From: Phaeosaccion multiseriatum
Lineage: Eukaryota; Protista; Ochrophyta, other classes
Direction of reading: 5' to 3'
NCBI GenBank assembly: GCA_965112735.1
Contig: OZ218951.1
Coordinates: 496,001 to 560,000, forward strand
Length of the DNA stretch: 64,000 bases
Shown here in pieces: positions 1 through 13,200 of this stretch. The notes under the pieces were generated by a model. The model saw only the letters and a program-made list of their open reading frames with translations, made no database searches and was not told the origin of the DNA. Both the position numbers and the translations under genes were made by a program. Each line of letters starts with the position of its first letter. The first letter of the stretch is position 1.

Positions 1-1260
1 GACGTGAGCTTCATCGAGGCGCACGGCACGGGCACGCCCCTCGGGGACCGCACGGAGTGGGCTTCCATCGCCGGAACCTATGGAGACCACGACCTGGCAA
101 CAGCCCGCCGTCTCGTCGTTGGAGCGATCAAGACCAACCTTGGTCACGCGGAGGCTGCGGCAGGCATTGCAGGGCTCATCAAGACGGTGCTGGTGCTCAG
201 GCATGTCCAAGCGCCTCCCAACCTCAACCTGTCCACGCTGAACCCTGCACTGAAGACGGAGGGCAACAGCGCTCTGCTACCCATCCCCGGACGCATGACC
301 CCCATCTCTACCCGAATCGGAGGTGCGTTGGGGCCCTTATTCAAAAACGTTTCCTGTGACCACTCACTCACTCACTCACTTCACTCACTCACTCACTCAC
401 TCACTCACTCACTCACTCACTCACTCACTCACTCACTCACTCACTCACTCACTCACTCACTCACCCAATCACTCACTCACTCACTCACTCACTCACCCAA
501 TCACTCACTCACTCATTCACTCACTCACTCACTCACTCACCCAATCACTCACTCACTCACTCACTCAATCACTCACTCACCCAATCACTCACTCACTCAT
601 TCACTCACTCACTCACTCACTCACTCTCACTCACCCAATCACTCACTCACTCACTCACTCACTCACTCACCCAATCACTCACTCACCCACTCCCACTCAC
701 TCACTCGCGTCTTCTTGAGACAAGTTAAGGATTACTTTAGAGGGTATGAGCTATCGTATGATGGTAAATGGCTCAACCCGTTCTCACCATGCACTTCTGC
801 TCGCTGTGGTTACTTCTGCTCCTTTCGCAGCTGTCAACTCCTTTGGGTTTGGCGGTGTCAATGCCCACGTCATCCTGGAGGGGACGGCCACCTCACAAGC
901 GGAGAAGACCAACGTCAGAGCCTCCCCGTTCACGAGCAGAAAGGCCTTCAAGCTGCTGCCCCCCCCACCGACATCGGCGGCCGGAAAAAGCTCCTTGGCA
1001 GTAGAGCTCCGCGGTGTCAGTCCAGCCGAACGCCAAGAGAGGCTTCGATCCGTCATCTCCGACATCGCCCTCTCCAGCACGGCAGGCTCTGTCGGCATCG
1101 ACATGGACAAGCCTCTCATGGAGGCTGGCATGGATTCGTTGGCGCTCATGGAGCTGAGGCAGCGTCTGCACCTGCTCACGGACATTCCCGTTAGCAGTGC
1201 CGCCCTCTTTGCCCACCCCACCGTGGCGGCCTTGGCGGAGTGGTTGGGCTCGGCGCTCAT
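1..1260 (+). other. PKS module 0 (partial): KS C-terminal half followed directly by ACP; no AT and no reductive domains
   Basis: EAHGTGT, KTNLGH and [11 protein letters not shown], then a short linker and an ACP with the [10 protein letters not shown] phosphopantetheine motif (Ser codon 1136-1138). Confidence 0.85.
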
Positions 1261-4200
1261 GGAGGGAAGTGCGAGCAGCCTGCGCCTGTCCAGGAGGATG
1301 CCATCGTCTCAAGGGGGGGGCGACGCTTCTGCCCCGCTGGCAATAGTGAGCATGGCGTGCCGCTTCCCCGGAGGCGCAGACAGTCCCGACGCTTTCTGGT
1401 CCATGCTGCTGGAGGGAAAGGACTGCATCACCGCCATGCCCTCGGGAAGACTCACTGGTGCGGCGAAGGAGTGGCACGGAGGCTTCATCGACGGCGTGGA
1501 GATGTTCGACAACGCCACCTTTGGCATCTCCGTGGCTGAGGCCGAGGCCATGGACCCCACTCAGCGCATCATGCTGGAGGTCGGCTACGAGGCGCTGCAC
1601 GAGGCAGGCTTCTCTATGGCCACGCTGCGCAACAGCAACACCGGAGTGTTCGTCGGCTCCATGCAGCACGGCGACTGGGCCGCGCTGAACAAGGATGGTG
1701 ACACCAAAGCTCACTCAATGATGGGCGAGTCAGCGGGCTGCCCTGCAAATCGCCTGTCCTATGCACTGGGCTTGCGAGGCCCAAGCATATCTGTTGATAC
1801 GCTTTGCTCTTCCTCGCTCGTTGCCTTGGACACGGCTTGTCGCTACCTTCGCTTCGGCACGTGCGATGCTGCGGTTGTGGGAGGAGTGAACCTGCTACTC
1901 GGCTCCCGTTCCTTCGAGCAGCTCGACAAGGGAGGTTTCTTGTCCAAGGACTGGTACGTACGGGAGAATGGGGGGGCTGGCCTTGGGGAGCATCGAGCTC
2001 CTGTAACTCGAGTAGAGTCATAGAGTGCTTGCTGACAGGTAATCACAAGCATCATTCCTCTCATCGGCTTGTCCTTCCTTCTCTGCCCCCATCTGCCTCG
2101 TGCTGCTACCGAAGGCGCTGCAAGGCCTTCGACGCAGCGGCTAACGGCTACGTCCGAGGAGAGGGCTGCGGCGCCTTGGTGGTGAAGCGGCTTGACGACG
2201 CGGAGCGCAGTGGAGACAACATCCTGGCCGTCGTGCGGGGAAGCTCCGTGAACCACAATGGGCGCTCTATGCGGCTCACAGCACCCAGTCCAGACGCACA
2301 GCGGACACTGATTGAGGCAGCCTTGGAGGAGGCGGATGTAGCGGGCAGCGAGGTTCACTTCGTGGAGGCGCACGGCACCGGCACGGCTCTTGGCGACCCC
2401 ATCGAGATGAGCGCTCTCAAAGCCGCCTACGGAGAAGGGCGGGAGAGCTCTTTCCCACTCATGGTGGGAGCGGTCAAGACCAACATTGGTCACTTGGAGG
2501 GCGCCGCAGGCATCGCGGGACTCATCAAGACCATCCTCGCGCTTCAGCACCGAGCTGTTCCACGCAATCTGCACCTCGGCAAGCTCAATCCTGAGATTGG
2601 GGTTGATGGATTTGCGGTGGCATTCCCTTCGTCGAGACTATCTCCATTGGGTAGCGAGGAGGGACACCCCAATGACAGCGAGGAGGTGCTGTACGCAGGA
2701 GTAAGCTCGTTCGGAGCAGGAGGCACCAACGCCCATGTGGTGCTGAGCAGCGCTGCGCCGAGAGTGGAGGGAGGGGTCTCGAAAGCGCCGAAGGGGAGTG
2801 AGGATACGGAGGTCGCCTCACCTGCGCACGTCTTTGTCTTCACGGGGCAAGGCTCGCAGTACCCCGGAATGGGCAAGGAGCTCTACGACGAGGTTAGTTG
2901 ATTCGTTGCGCGCACCATCTCCGTCTCAGTCCTCTCTTGGCATCCATCACCTCGGCCCACCTGCCCTCGTTCTCATATTCGTCTCTCTCTCTCTTGTTCC
3001 CTCCGCTCTCTGTGTCTCTCTTTTGGTGCCTCAACAGCGTGCGGTCTTTCGCGAGTGCGTGCAGCGGTGCAGGAGGCTGCTCATGGAGCGGGCCTGGCTG
3101 GACAAGTCTGTGGTGGAGCTCATGTACCCGGCGGTCGCTGAGGACGGGGAGGAGGAGGAGGAGGGGGAGACTGCACAGGCGCTGCTGAAGGAGACACGCT
3201 ACTGCCAGCCGTGCCTGTTTGTGCTGGAATACGCCCTTTGCGCGCTGTGGAAGTCGGAGGGAGTGGAGCCGTCGATGGTGATGGGCCACAGCCTGGGCGA
3301 GGTAGTGGCGGCGTGCGTGGCCGGCGTCATGTCGCTGGAGGACGGGCTGATGCTGTCCGCCAAGAGAGGAGCCGCCATGCAGGCCTGCCCCGAGGGGAGT
3401 GGAGTGATGTTCGCAGTGAAAACGGGCAGGGAAGCAGCAATGGCAAGGATTGACGCTGCGGGGGTGGCAGGGGAGGTGGTGCTGGCGTCCTCCAACGGCC
3501 CTCAGGCCTGCGTGATCTCTGGTGCTCGCAGCGCTGTGGACAAGGTGGTGGAGAGACTCACAGCCGATGGGGTGGGCTGCAAGGCCCTGGAGGTGTCGCA
3601 CGCCTTCCACTCTCCTCTCATGGAGCCCGCTGTACGTGCGCTGGAGGAGGCACTGAGGCAGGTGTCATTCAGCGCCCCACGCATCCCCCTGGTGTCCAAC
3701 GTGACAGGCGAGGTGGTGAAGGCTGAGGAGGTGACGCAGGTAGCGTACTGGGTGCAACACATGCTATCGCCGGTGCTGTTCGTGGAGAGTATCACCACGC
3801 TGCTCCGGGAGAGGCCTGAAGGTGTACGAGTGGTAGAGATTGGGCCCAGCTCTGTGCTGATCAACATGGCGCGGCAATGCGAGGGAGAGAGGTCGGACGT
3901 GATGTGGCAGCCGTCCATGCGGCGGGAGGGGAGCGACACCGCCTCGTTCGACAGAGCAGTGGCGGCAGTACTGGGCAAGCCCACACCTCTGTTCCCCACC
4001 CGTCGTGCGCTCCCTTGGTTCGAGCAGCAGGCGCATGCGATGGTACCAAGCGGCGGCGTCGTCGAGAAGAAGGGAGGAACACTCCTCTCATGCCGCTTCA
4101 CCCCTCAGCTCAAGGGCTTGCTGCAGGATCACGCGGTGGGAGGAGTGGTGCTCATGCCGGGCATGGGGTACATCGAGATTGGCCTTGCCGCCTTGCTGAA

Positions 4201-7200
4201 GGGCAAGCCTTTCCCTAGCGAGACGCAAGTGGTCCTGAAGGGCCTGGTCTTCATGGCTCCACTGGAAATTGCAGGCGCTCGTGCCCCCGATGTGGACCGT
4301 ACGGTGGAGGGCTCCACCACTGTGGTCGCTTCTGAAGTCAGTGCCTTCGTCACTGCCCGCGGCAGCGTGCAGTTTATCGGAGGTCCCCACGGCAAGGCTG
4401 GAGAGACGGTGGCGAAGGCGACTTCCCTTCACTTGTGCACAAGGACGGAGGCAGAGACATTGGACGTGGCGCGGGTGAGAGCCGCGGTAGGGGACGAGGA
4501 CATCGCCGAGGGGCTCTACCTCAAGCTTGCCAGTGCTGGTTATGACTACGGTGCCAGCTTTGTCCGAACGCAGCACCTTTTCGCAGCCAGTGGACAGGCC
4601 TTGTCGGTTGCGGCGGCAATGGATGGCAGCCTATCGGCGGAGTGGGAGATCAACGGCTTCTACCTCCACCCTGCAGTGTTGGATAATGCCGCGCACACGA
4701 TGTTGGCGCTCTTGCCGGAGGAGCTGACGAGCAAGGCCTTTGCCGCCGTCTTCTTGCCCACCGGCTGCGAAGAGGTGCTTGTGCGAGGGGCCATCACGGG
4801 CGAGAAGGTGTGGGTTCATGCGGTGGTGAAGGAGGTGGACTCTCAAGCTCGTGCGATCGAGTGCGACATCGTGATAGCACACTTTGAGACGAAGCAAGTG
4901 CTCGTGCAGCTTAACCGCTTCCGGATGCAGCTGGCCCGAGGCTTCTCCCGCACCAACCCCGTCAGCCGAGCGCTGTATTCTCTAGAGTGGCTGCCCAACG
5001 ATTCCATCTCCCGCAGCAGAGGTGACGTGGAAGAGCGAGAGGAAGCTTGGCTGCTCCTCACCAGCGGCGCTCGTGGCAGCTTGGACAAGGCAGCGAAAGA
5101 GAGCTTGCCCATCTCTGTGACACTGACGGAGAGGGAGGTCAAGATCATCGACGACTCCACCCTCGCTTCAGAAGCGCCAGCAGGATGGGGCCGTGTGGTG
5201 TGCACCTTGTTCGGCGGCAAGCAGCAGAGCCCCAGCCAAGAGGCACAGACACTCCACTTGTTGCTACAGCAGCTCTTACGAAGGCCAGCTCCCTTGATGG
5301 TGCTGGTGCAGGACACGCTGAGTGGCGGCGAGGGGTGGAGGCATCACTGGGTGTACGGCATGATTCGAACCGCTCGTGTCGAGCACCCTTCGCTGGCCAT
5401 GACGGTGGTGGACGTGGGCAGCGAGGACCTGCCCAAGTGCTGGGCCATTGAATCACTGGGGCAGGACGTTTGGGTGCGAGACGGACGATATCTCACGCCT
5501 CAGCTGACTCGCTCCTCGGTAGTCAGTCTTCCCTTCTCCTTCGATCTCATGGCGAGGGGAAGCATCGAGGGAGGCTTGAAGCGCAGAGACGTACTCCCTT
5601 CCGAGAGAGACGCTGCCTTGCAGGACGGGGAGATTGAAATTTGTGTCAAGGCGGTGGGGCTCAACTTCAGAGACGTGCTGAATGTGCTCGACCTGTACCC
5701 TGGCGACCCTGGGCAGCCTGGCATCGAGCTATCGGGGGTGGTCACTCGAGCATCGCGAAACTCGCGCTTTCAAGTGGGAGACAAGGTCTACGGGTTTCCG
5801 GACAAGGGCTGCTTCTGCTCCCACGTAACGACACGTGACGTGTGTCTGGCCATCATGCCTTCCAACAGGACCTTTGATGACATGGCAGCGTTGCCTATCG
5901 CGTGGCTCACAGTGGTGCACGCCTTTGAGCAACTCGCTGGCTTGAAGCGTGGTGAGAAGGTGCTCATCCATGCCGCGTCAGATGGAGTGGGTCTGGTGGC
6001 CGTGCAGATTGCTCAGCGCATCGGAGCGGAGATCTACGCCACTGCTGGATCCGAGGAGAAGCACGCCTACTTGCGAGGCCTGGGCGTGAAGCACGTTGCG
6101 TCGTCGAGAGATGCGGAGGCCTTCAAGGCTACCATGGGAGCTGCAAAGGTGGATGTGGTGCTCAATTGCCTGTCCGACAACTTCATCCCTTACTCTCTGG
6201 AGCTGCTGACGAAGAACGGGCGCTTCATGGAGATCGGCAAGCGAGGCGTGTGGACCGGGGAGGCGATGAAGGCTGCCAGGCCCGACGTGCTGTACGAGCT
6301 GATTGCGCTGGACTCCATGATAGCAGACGACTTCAAGGCCGAGAAGCAGGGCTGGGGGTTCGCTAGGCTGGAGCAACTGACAGCGGACAGTGAGGCGGGC
6401 AGGGCCGAGGCGCTACCAGTGAAGACATTCGACTTGAGGGATGAGCTTGTGGAGGCAATGAACTTCCTCAGAACTGCGAAGCACATTGGGAAGGTTGTGC
6501 TCAGTAGCCCTGAGTGTGGCATTCCCGTCGTGCGAGATGGGACTTACGTTGTCAGCGGTGGGCTGGGGGCGCTGGGGCTGGCGACTGCGAAGCATTTGGC
6601 TGATAAAGGAGCTCGTCATCTTGTACTGCTCTCGCGAGGGGGAAAGGTCAAGGCGGACTCCCAGTCGCTGTGGGAGGAGCTTGTCACGGTGGCTGGCGGG
6701 GTGGGCACCAAGGCTGTATCGTGCGACGTGTCTAGCGCGCAGTCGCTTGAGAAGGCTCTAGGCACGGCGCTCAGTAGCATGCCGCCCGTACGAGGTGTCA
6801 TCCACGCTGCTGGCGTGCTCGACGATCGCTTGCTGGTGGACCAGACGCCCGAGAGTATCGAAGAGGTCTTCAAGCCGAAGGTGGAGGGCGCTTGGAATCT
6901 GCACGAGCTGTCGGTGCAGATGGCCTGGCCCTTGGACTTCTTTGTGTCCTACACATCCATGGCAGGTGTGCTAGGCAATGCAGGCCAGGCCAACTATGCT
7001 GCAGCCAACGCTGCTGTGGACGGGCTGATGCAGCATCGTCGGCGTCTCGGTTACTCCAGCTCTGTGGCCCTGCAGTGGGGGCCGTGGGGCGAAGCTGGCA
7101 TGGCCGCTCGATCCGAAGTTGCCATGGCCAGTCTGGAGATGGCCGGCGTTAGGCTCATCAGTAAGGCAGTAGGTATGGCGGCGCTTGATGCCGGCGTGTC

Positions 7201-10200
7201 GGCCCCATCTGCGGTATCGCGCGAGCTCTTGGTCCTGCCTGGCATGGACTGGCTTGCCTTTTCTCAGGCTGCTGGCAACCCGGGGATGCTTGATGCTCTC
7301 GTTAGAGAGGCTTCAATGGTTGGACCGCAGAACAAGGCTAGCAACAGTGTGACTACCGAGGTTAAGCGCGACCTACTGGAGCTTTCGAAGAAAGAGCGAA
7401 AACCCATGCTGCAGGCTTTAATCATGGAGATGGCAAAAGCATGCATTGGGGAAGCAGGCATCGAGCTCGACGCTTTGAGGCCTTTGATGGAGGCTGGGCT
7501 GGACTCCATGTCTACGGTGGAGCTTCGGAGTCGACTTCAAGCTCGTTTCGGCGTGCCTGTCCCCAACGACGTGCTCTTCAGTCACCCCTCAGTGGCAGCA
7601 CTGACTGTGTGGCTCGAGGGCTTGGTCTTGGGGGCTGAGGAGGGTGAATATGAGGAGAGGAATGCTGAACCGGCTGGAGGTAGCATGACTGCCCCCCTGG
7701 CTGTTGTGGGCATGGCGTGCCGCTTTCCGGGGGGCTCGAACAGTCCAGAGGCCTTTTGGTCAATGCTGCGCGCAGGTACTGACTGCATTCAGACTGCCCC
7801 TCTGAACCGGTGGGCGGGAAAAGAGGGGAGCGAGGATTGGCAAGGCAGCTTCATTGCTGAGGTGGAAATGTTTGACCCCGCCGTATTCGGCATCTCGTTT
7901 GCCGAAGCGGCTGCGATGGATCCGCACCAGCGAGTGATGCTGGAGGTTGGATACGAGGCATTGGTCAACGCGGGGTGCGACAAAGCAAGCTTGGCGGGCA
8001 GTCGGGCAGGCGTCTTCATCGGCATGATGAGCCTCGGCGACTGGGGCTACCAGGGCAAGGATGTAGGGGCTGGAGTATACCGCACTATGGGTCGCATCCA
8101 ATGTGGCGTTGCCAATCGGCTCTCGTACGTGCTGGGGCTGCAGGGCCCGTCCATGACCACTGACACGGCGTGCTCGTCATCGCTGGTGGCCTTGGAAAAC
8201 GCTTGCAGCAGCTTACGCATGGGCAAGTGCGATTCCGCTGTCGTCGGGGGCGTCAATTGCTTGCTCGGGCCAGTGGCCTTTGAGGACATTCAGGGCAGCG
8301 GCTTCCTGTCGCCGGACTGGTAAGTGCTTCCATTTTGTACCTCCGCACCAATGGTTCTGCTCCTCCGTCTCGTCCGACTTTACTTGCGCCGCCGACTAAA
8401 ACTCCCCTCACGCTACCCATGCCCTTCTCAGGCGCTGCAAGACGTTCGACGCGTCGGCAAACGGATACGTGCGTGGTGAAGGATGCGGTGCCGTTGTGCT
8501 GAAACGTCTAGATGACGCCCTCGCTGCCGGAGACACCGTCCTCGCTGTGATTGAGGGCTGTGCCGTGAACCACAACGGAACCAGTGCCCGCCTCACGGCC
8601 CCCAGCCCCGCCGCCCAGCAGAGACTCATCGAGGCGACGCTGCGTGAGGCCGGTCGAGAGGGCTCCGAGGTACGCATCGTGGAGGCACACGGCACGGGCA
8701 CATCTCTCGGCGACCCAATCGAGATGAGTGCTCTCAGGGCCACGTACGGAAAGAACCGTGACGACTCTTTCCCGCTGGTAGTGGGTGCGGTCAAGACCAA
8801 TATTGGCCATCTGGAGGGTGCGGCGGGCATTGCCGGGCTCATCAAGGCCGTCTTGATGCTGCAGCACCGCGCCGTGCCCGCCAACCTTCACCTCGAGAGC
8901 GTCAACCCGGAGCTGGCCATGGACGGCTTCCCCGTGCAGCTCCCGTCGGTGATGGTGCAGCTGGAGGACGAGGGAGACATGTTGGTGGGGGTGAGCTCAT
9001 TCGGGGCGGGAGGAACGAATGCACACGTGCTGCTGAGGAGCCATGGGGAGAAGAGTGACTCCGTACTGACGGCTGGTATGAAAAGCGATGGGGGCCCCTT
9101 CGTCAAGGAGGAGGCGCTCTTCCCGAATCGTGTGGCCTTCCCGTGGTACAAGAGCGATAATCACGCTTTATTTCCGAGTGGAGGGGTGCGAGATGAGAAG
9201 GGCGGGGTGCTGCTGTCCTGCCCATTCTCTCCAAGGCTCAAGGGCCTGCTGCAGGAGCACGCAGTGGGGGGGGTGGTGCTCATGCCGGGCATGGGCTACA
9301 TTGAGCTGGCCCTGGCCACGCTGCTGAGGGGCGAGGCCTTCCCCGCAGATGGCCAGGTGCGCATGAAGGGCCTCGTCTTCACGGCCCCGCTGGAGGTGGC
9401 AGGCGCCCGTGTGCCTGGCGTGGAGCGGATGGTGGATGGGTCCACGACGGTGGCATGCTCGGAGGTGAACGTGTTCCTCTCTGCCCACGGTAAGACGCGG
9501 ATCACGGGCGGCTCCCGCGGCAAGGCAGGTGAGGCTGTGGCCAGGGCGGCGTCAGTGGTGCTGGAGGCAAGAGAGGCTACTGCAATGATGGACGTGAGGA
9601 GCATCCAGGAGGCAGTGGGGCAGCGAGACGTGTCGGGTGAGCTGTACGCCACGTTCGCCAAGGCCGGCTTCAACTACGGTCCCCGCTTCAGGCGAACAGA
9701 GCGCTTGTACGCTGCCGAGGGACAGGCTCTGTCCGTGGCGACAGCGCAGGACCCCAGCCTGTGCTCTGAGTGGGAGGTGCGTGGATTCTACCTCCACCCC
9801 GCCGTGCTGGACAGTGCCGCACACACCATGCTTGCGCTTCTACCTTCTGATCTAACCAAGGGTGGTACGTTCTTGCCAGCTGGATGCAATGACGTGGTTG
9901 CGAAGGGCGCCATCAGAGGAGACAAGGTGTGGGTGCATACCGTGCTCACCGAGATCAGCGACAAGCGCGACAGCGTCAACTTTGACATTGTCATTGCCGA
10001 CTTTGACAGCCAGTACGTGCTCGTGACCATGAAGGGCGTCAAGCTGCAGAGGGCCAAGGGCTTTACGCTCCTGAACCCTCTTCGTCGAGCCTTATACTAT
10101 CTGGAGTGGCAGCCAGACAAGGCTCTGGCTCTGCCAACCACCACGGGGAAGGATGGTGTGGAGAAGGAGACGTGGCTGGCTTTGGTAGATAGAGTAAGTG

Positions 10201-13200
10201 CAGCTACAGCGTTGGTGAAGCGTATTGAGCAATCAGTGCCCGAGCACGTTACGCTGCGTGTGCAAGAGTGTGCCTATGACCAGGATGTGGTGAGGGCCTT
10301 GGAGAGGGGCGAGTGGTCGCGAGTGCTGTACGTGATCGGCGGTGGGGGAGAGGAGGGACAGACGGCAAGGTCATCAGCCAGCGCCGCTCAGCAGGAAGCA
10401 CAGAAGCTGCTGGCGGTAACGCAGCAGCTGGCCAAGAGACTAATCCCCTTGATGGTGCTACTACACGACACGCTGAGCGGGGGGGGCGAGGGATGGGCAC
10501 ACATGCTGGTCTTTGGCATGATTCGCTCCGTTCGTATCGAGCGGCCAGAGATGCAGATCATGGTCGTGGAAGCGGATGTGGAGGACATGAGCTTGGTGTT
10601 GTGTCTTCCCCTTCAGAGTCAGGACGTGCGTGTGCAAGGAGGAGAGTGCAAGACGCCTCAGCTGACTCGCTCCTCGGTAGTCAGCCTTCCATTCTCCTTC
10701 GATCTCATGGTGAGGGGAAGCATCGAAGGCGGCTTGAAGCGCAGGGACGTACTCCCTTCCGAGAGAGACGCTGCCTTGCAGGACGGGGAGATTGAAATTT
10801 GTGTCAAGGCGGTGGGGCTCAACTTCAGAGACGTGCTGAATGTGCTCGACCTGTACCCTGGCGACCCTGGACAGCCTGGCATCGAGCTATCGGGGGTGGT
10901 CACTCGAGCATCGCGAAACTCGCGCTTTCAAGTGGGAGACAAGGTCTACGGGTTTCCGGACAAGGGCTGCTTCTGCTCCCACGTAACGACAAGTGACGTG
11001 TGTCTGGCCAACATGCCTTCCAACAGGACCTTTGATGACATGGCAGCGCTGCCTATCGCGTGGCTCACAGTGGTGCACGCCTTTGAGCAACTCGCTGGCT
11101 TGAAGCGTGGTGAGAAGGTGCTCATCCATGCCGCCTCAGGTGGAGTGGGTCTGGTGGCCGTGCAGATTGCTCAGCGCATCGGAGCGGAGATCTACGCCAC
11201 TGCTGGATCCGAGGAGAAGCACGCCTACTTGCGAGGCATGGGCGTGAAGCACATTGCGTCGTCGCGAGATGCGGAGGCCTTCAATGCTTCCATGGGAGCT
11301 GCGAAGGTGGATGTGGTGCTCAATTGCCTGTCCGACAACTTCATCCCTTACTCTCTGGAGCTGCTGACGAAGAACGGGCGCTTCATGGAGATCGGCAAGC
11401 GAGGCGTGTGGACCGGGGAGGCGATGAAGGCTGCCAGGCCCGACGTGCTGTACGAGCTGATTGCGCTGGACTCCATGATAGCAGACGACTTCAAGGCCGA
11501 GAAGCAGGGCTGGGCGTTCGCCAGGCTGGAGCAGCTGACAGCGGACAGCGAGGCGGGCAGGGCCGAGGCGCTACCAGTGAAGACATTCGACTTGAGGGAT
11601 GAGCTTGCGGAGGCAATGAACTTCCTCAGAACTGCGAAGCACATTGGGAAGGTTGTGCTCAGTAGCCCTGAGTGTGGCATTCCCGTCGTGCGAGATGGGA
11701 CTTACGTTGTCAGCGGTGGGCTGGGGGCGCTGGGGCTGGCGACTGCGAAGCATTTGGCTGATAAAGGAGCTCGTCATCGTGTACTGCTCTCGCGAGGGGG
11801 AAAGGTCAAGGCGGACTCCCAGTCGCTGTGGGAGGAGCTTGTCACGGTGGCTGGCGGGGTGGGCACCAAGGCTGTATCGTGCGACGTGTCTAGCGCGCAG
11901 TCGCTTGAGAAGGCTCTAGGCACGGCGCTCAGTAGCATGCCGCCCGTACGAGGTGTCATCCACGCTGCTGGCGTGCTCGACGATCGCTTGCTGGTGGACC
12001 AGACGCCCGAGAGTATCGAAGAGGTCTTCAAGCCGAAGGTGGAGGGCGCTTGGAATCTGCACGAGCTGTCGGTGCAGATGGCCTGGCCCTTGGACTTCTT
12101 TGTGTCCTACACATCCATGGCAGGTGTGCTAGGCAATGCAGGCCAGGCCAACTATGCTGCAGCCAACGCTGCTGTGGACGGGCTGATGCAGCATCGTCGG
12201 CGTCTCGGTTACTCCAGCTCTGTGGCCCTGCAGTGGGGGCCGTGGGGCGAAGCTGGCATGGCCGCTCGGTCCGAAGTTGCCATGGCCAGTCTGGAGATGG
12301 CCGGCGTTAGGCTCATCAGTAAGGCATTGGGTATGGCGGCGCTTGATGCCAGCGTGTCAGCCCCATCTGCGGCATCACGCGAGCTCCTGGTGGCGCCGGG
12401 AATGGACTGGCAAGCATCCGCGCCGGGGGCTTTTGGTGGCTCGACAATGCTTGAGGCCCTCGTAGAGGGTGCGGGCTTGGGTAGCAGGGTGGAGAACAGC
12501 GTTACTGCTGCCGTGAGGCGTGACCTGCTGGAGATGCCAGAGCCGAGTCGGAAGGCCATGCTGGAAGGCCTCATCACGGAGATCGCAACGGCATGCATTG
12601 GTGAAGCGGGCACCGTGCTCGAAGCTGATACGCCTTTGATGGAGGCTGGGCTGGACTCCATGTCTACGGTGGAGCTTCGGAGTCGACTCCAAGCTCGCTT
12701 CGGCGTGTCCGTCCCCAACGACGTGCTCTTCAGTCACCCCTCAGTCCTAGCACTGTCTACCTGGCTGGAAACCTTGGTGATGGGATCTGAGGAGGATGAT
12801 GAGGGTGAGAGTGAGTCGGTTGGATACCAGGGGGGCGACACGAAGGCACCGTTGGCAGTGGTGGGCATGGCCTGCCGCTTGCCAGGTGGTTCGAACAGCC
12901 CAGAGGAGTTTTGGGCCATGCTTAGCAATGGCAAGGACTGTGTCCAGCCTGCTCCGCTCGACCGCTGGGCGAGCAAGGAGGAGGATGAGCAGCAGTGGCA
13001 AGGAAGCTTCATCGACGGCGTGGAAATGTTCGATCCATCTGTGTTCGGCATATCCAGTCCTGAGGCTTCTGCCATGGACCCACACCAACGGGTGATGCTG
13101 GAGGTGGGACTGGAGGCGCTTGTGAATGCGGGCTATACCAAGCGAAGCCTGAGTGGCAGTCAGACCGGAGTGTTCGTGGGCATGAGCGGCAGTGACTGGG

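Noticed and set aside
323-830. His/Ser/Leu/Thr repeat protein (HSLT)n in ORFs 4-1194 and 323-718
   Set aside because: It is the translation of a TCAC microsatellite inside a GT-AG intron, and splicing restores the KS motif AVNSFGFGG.
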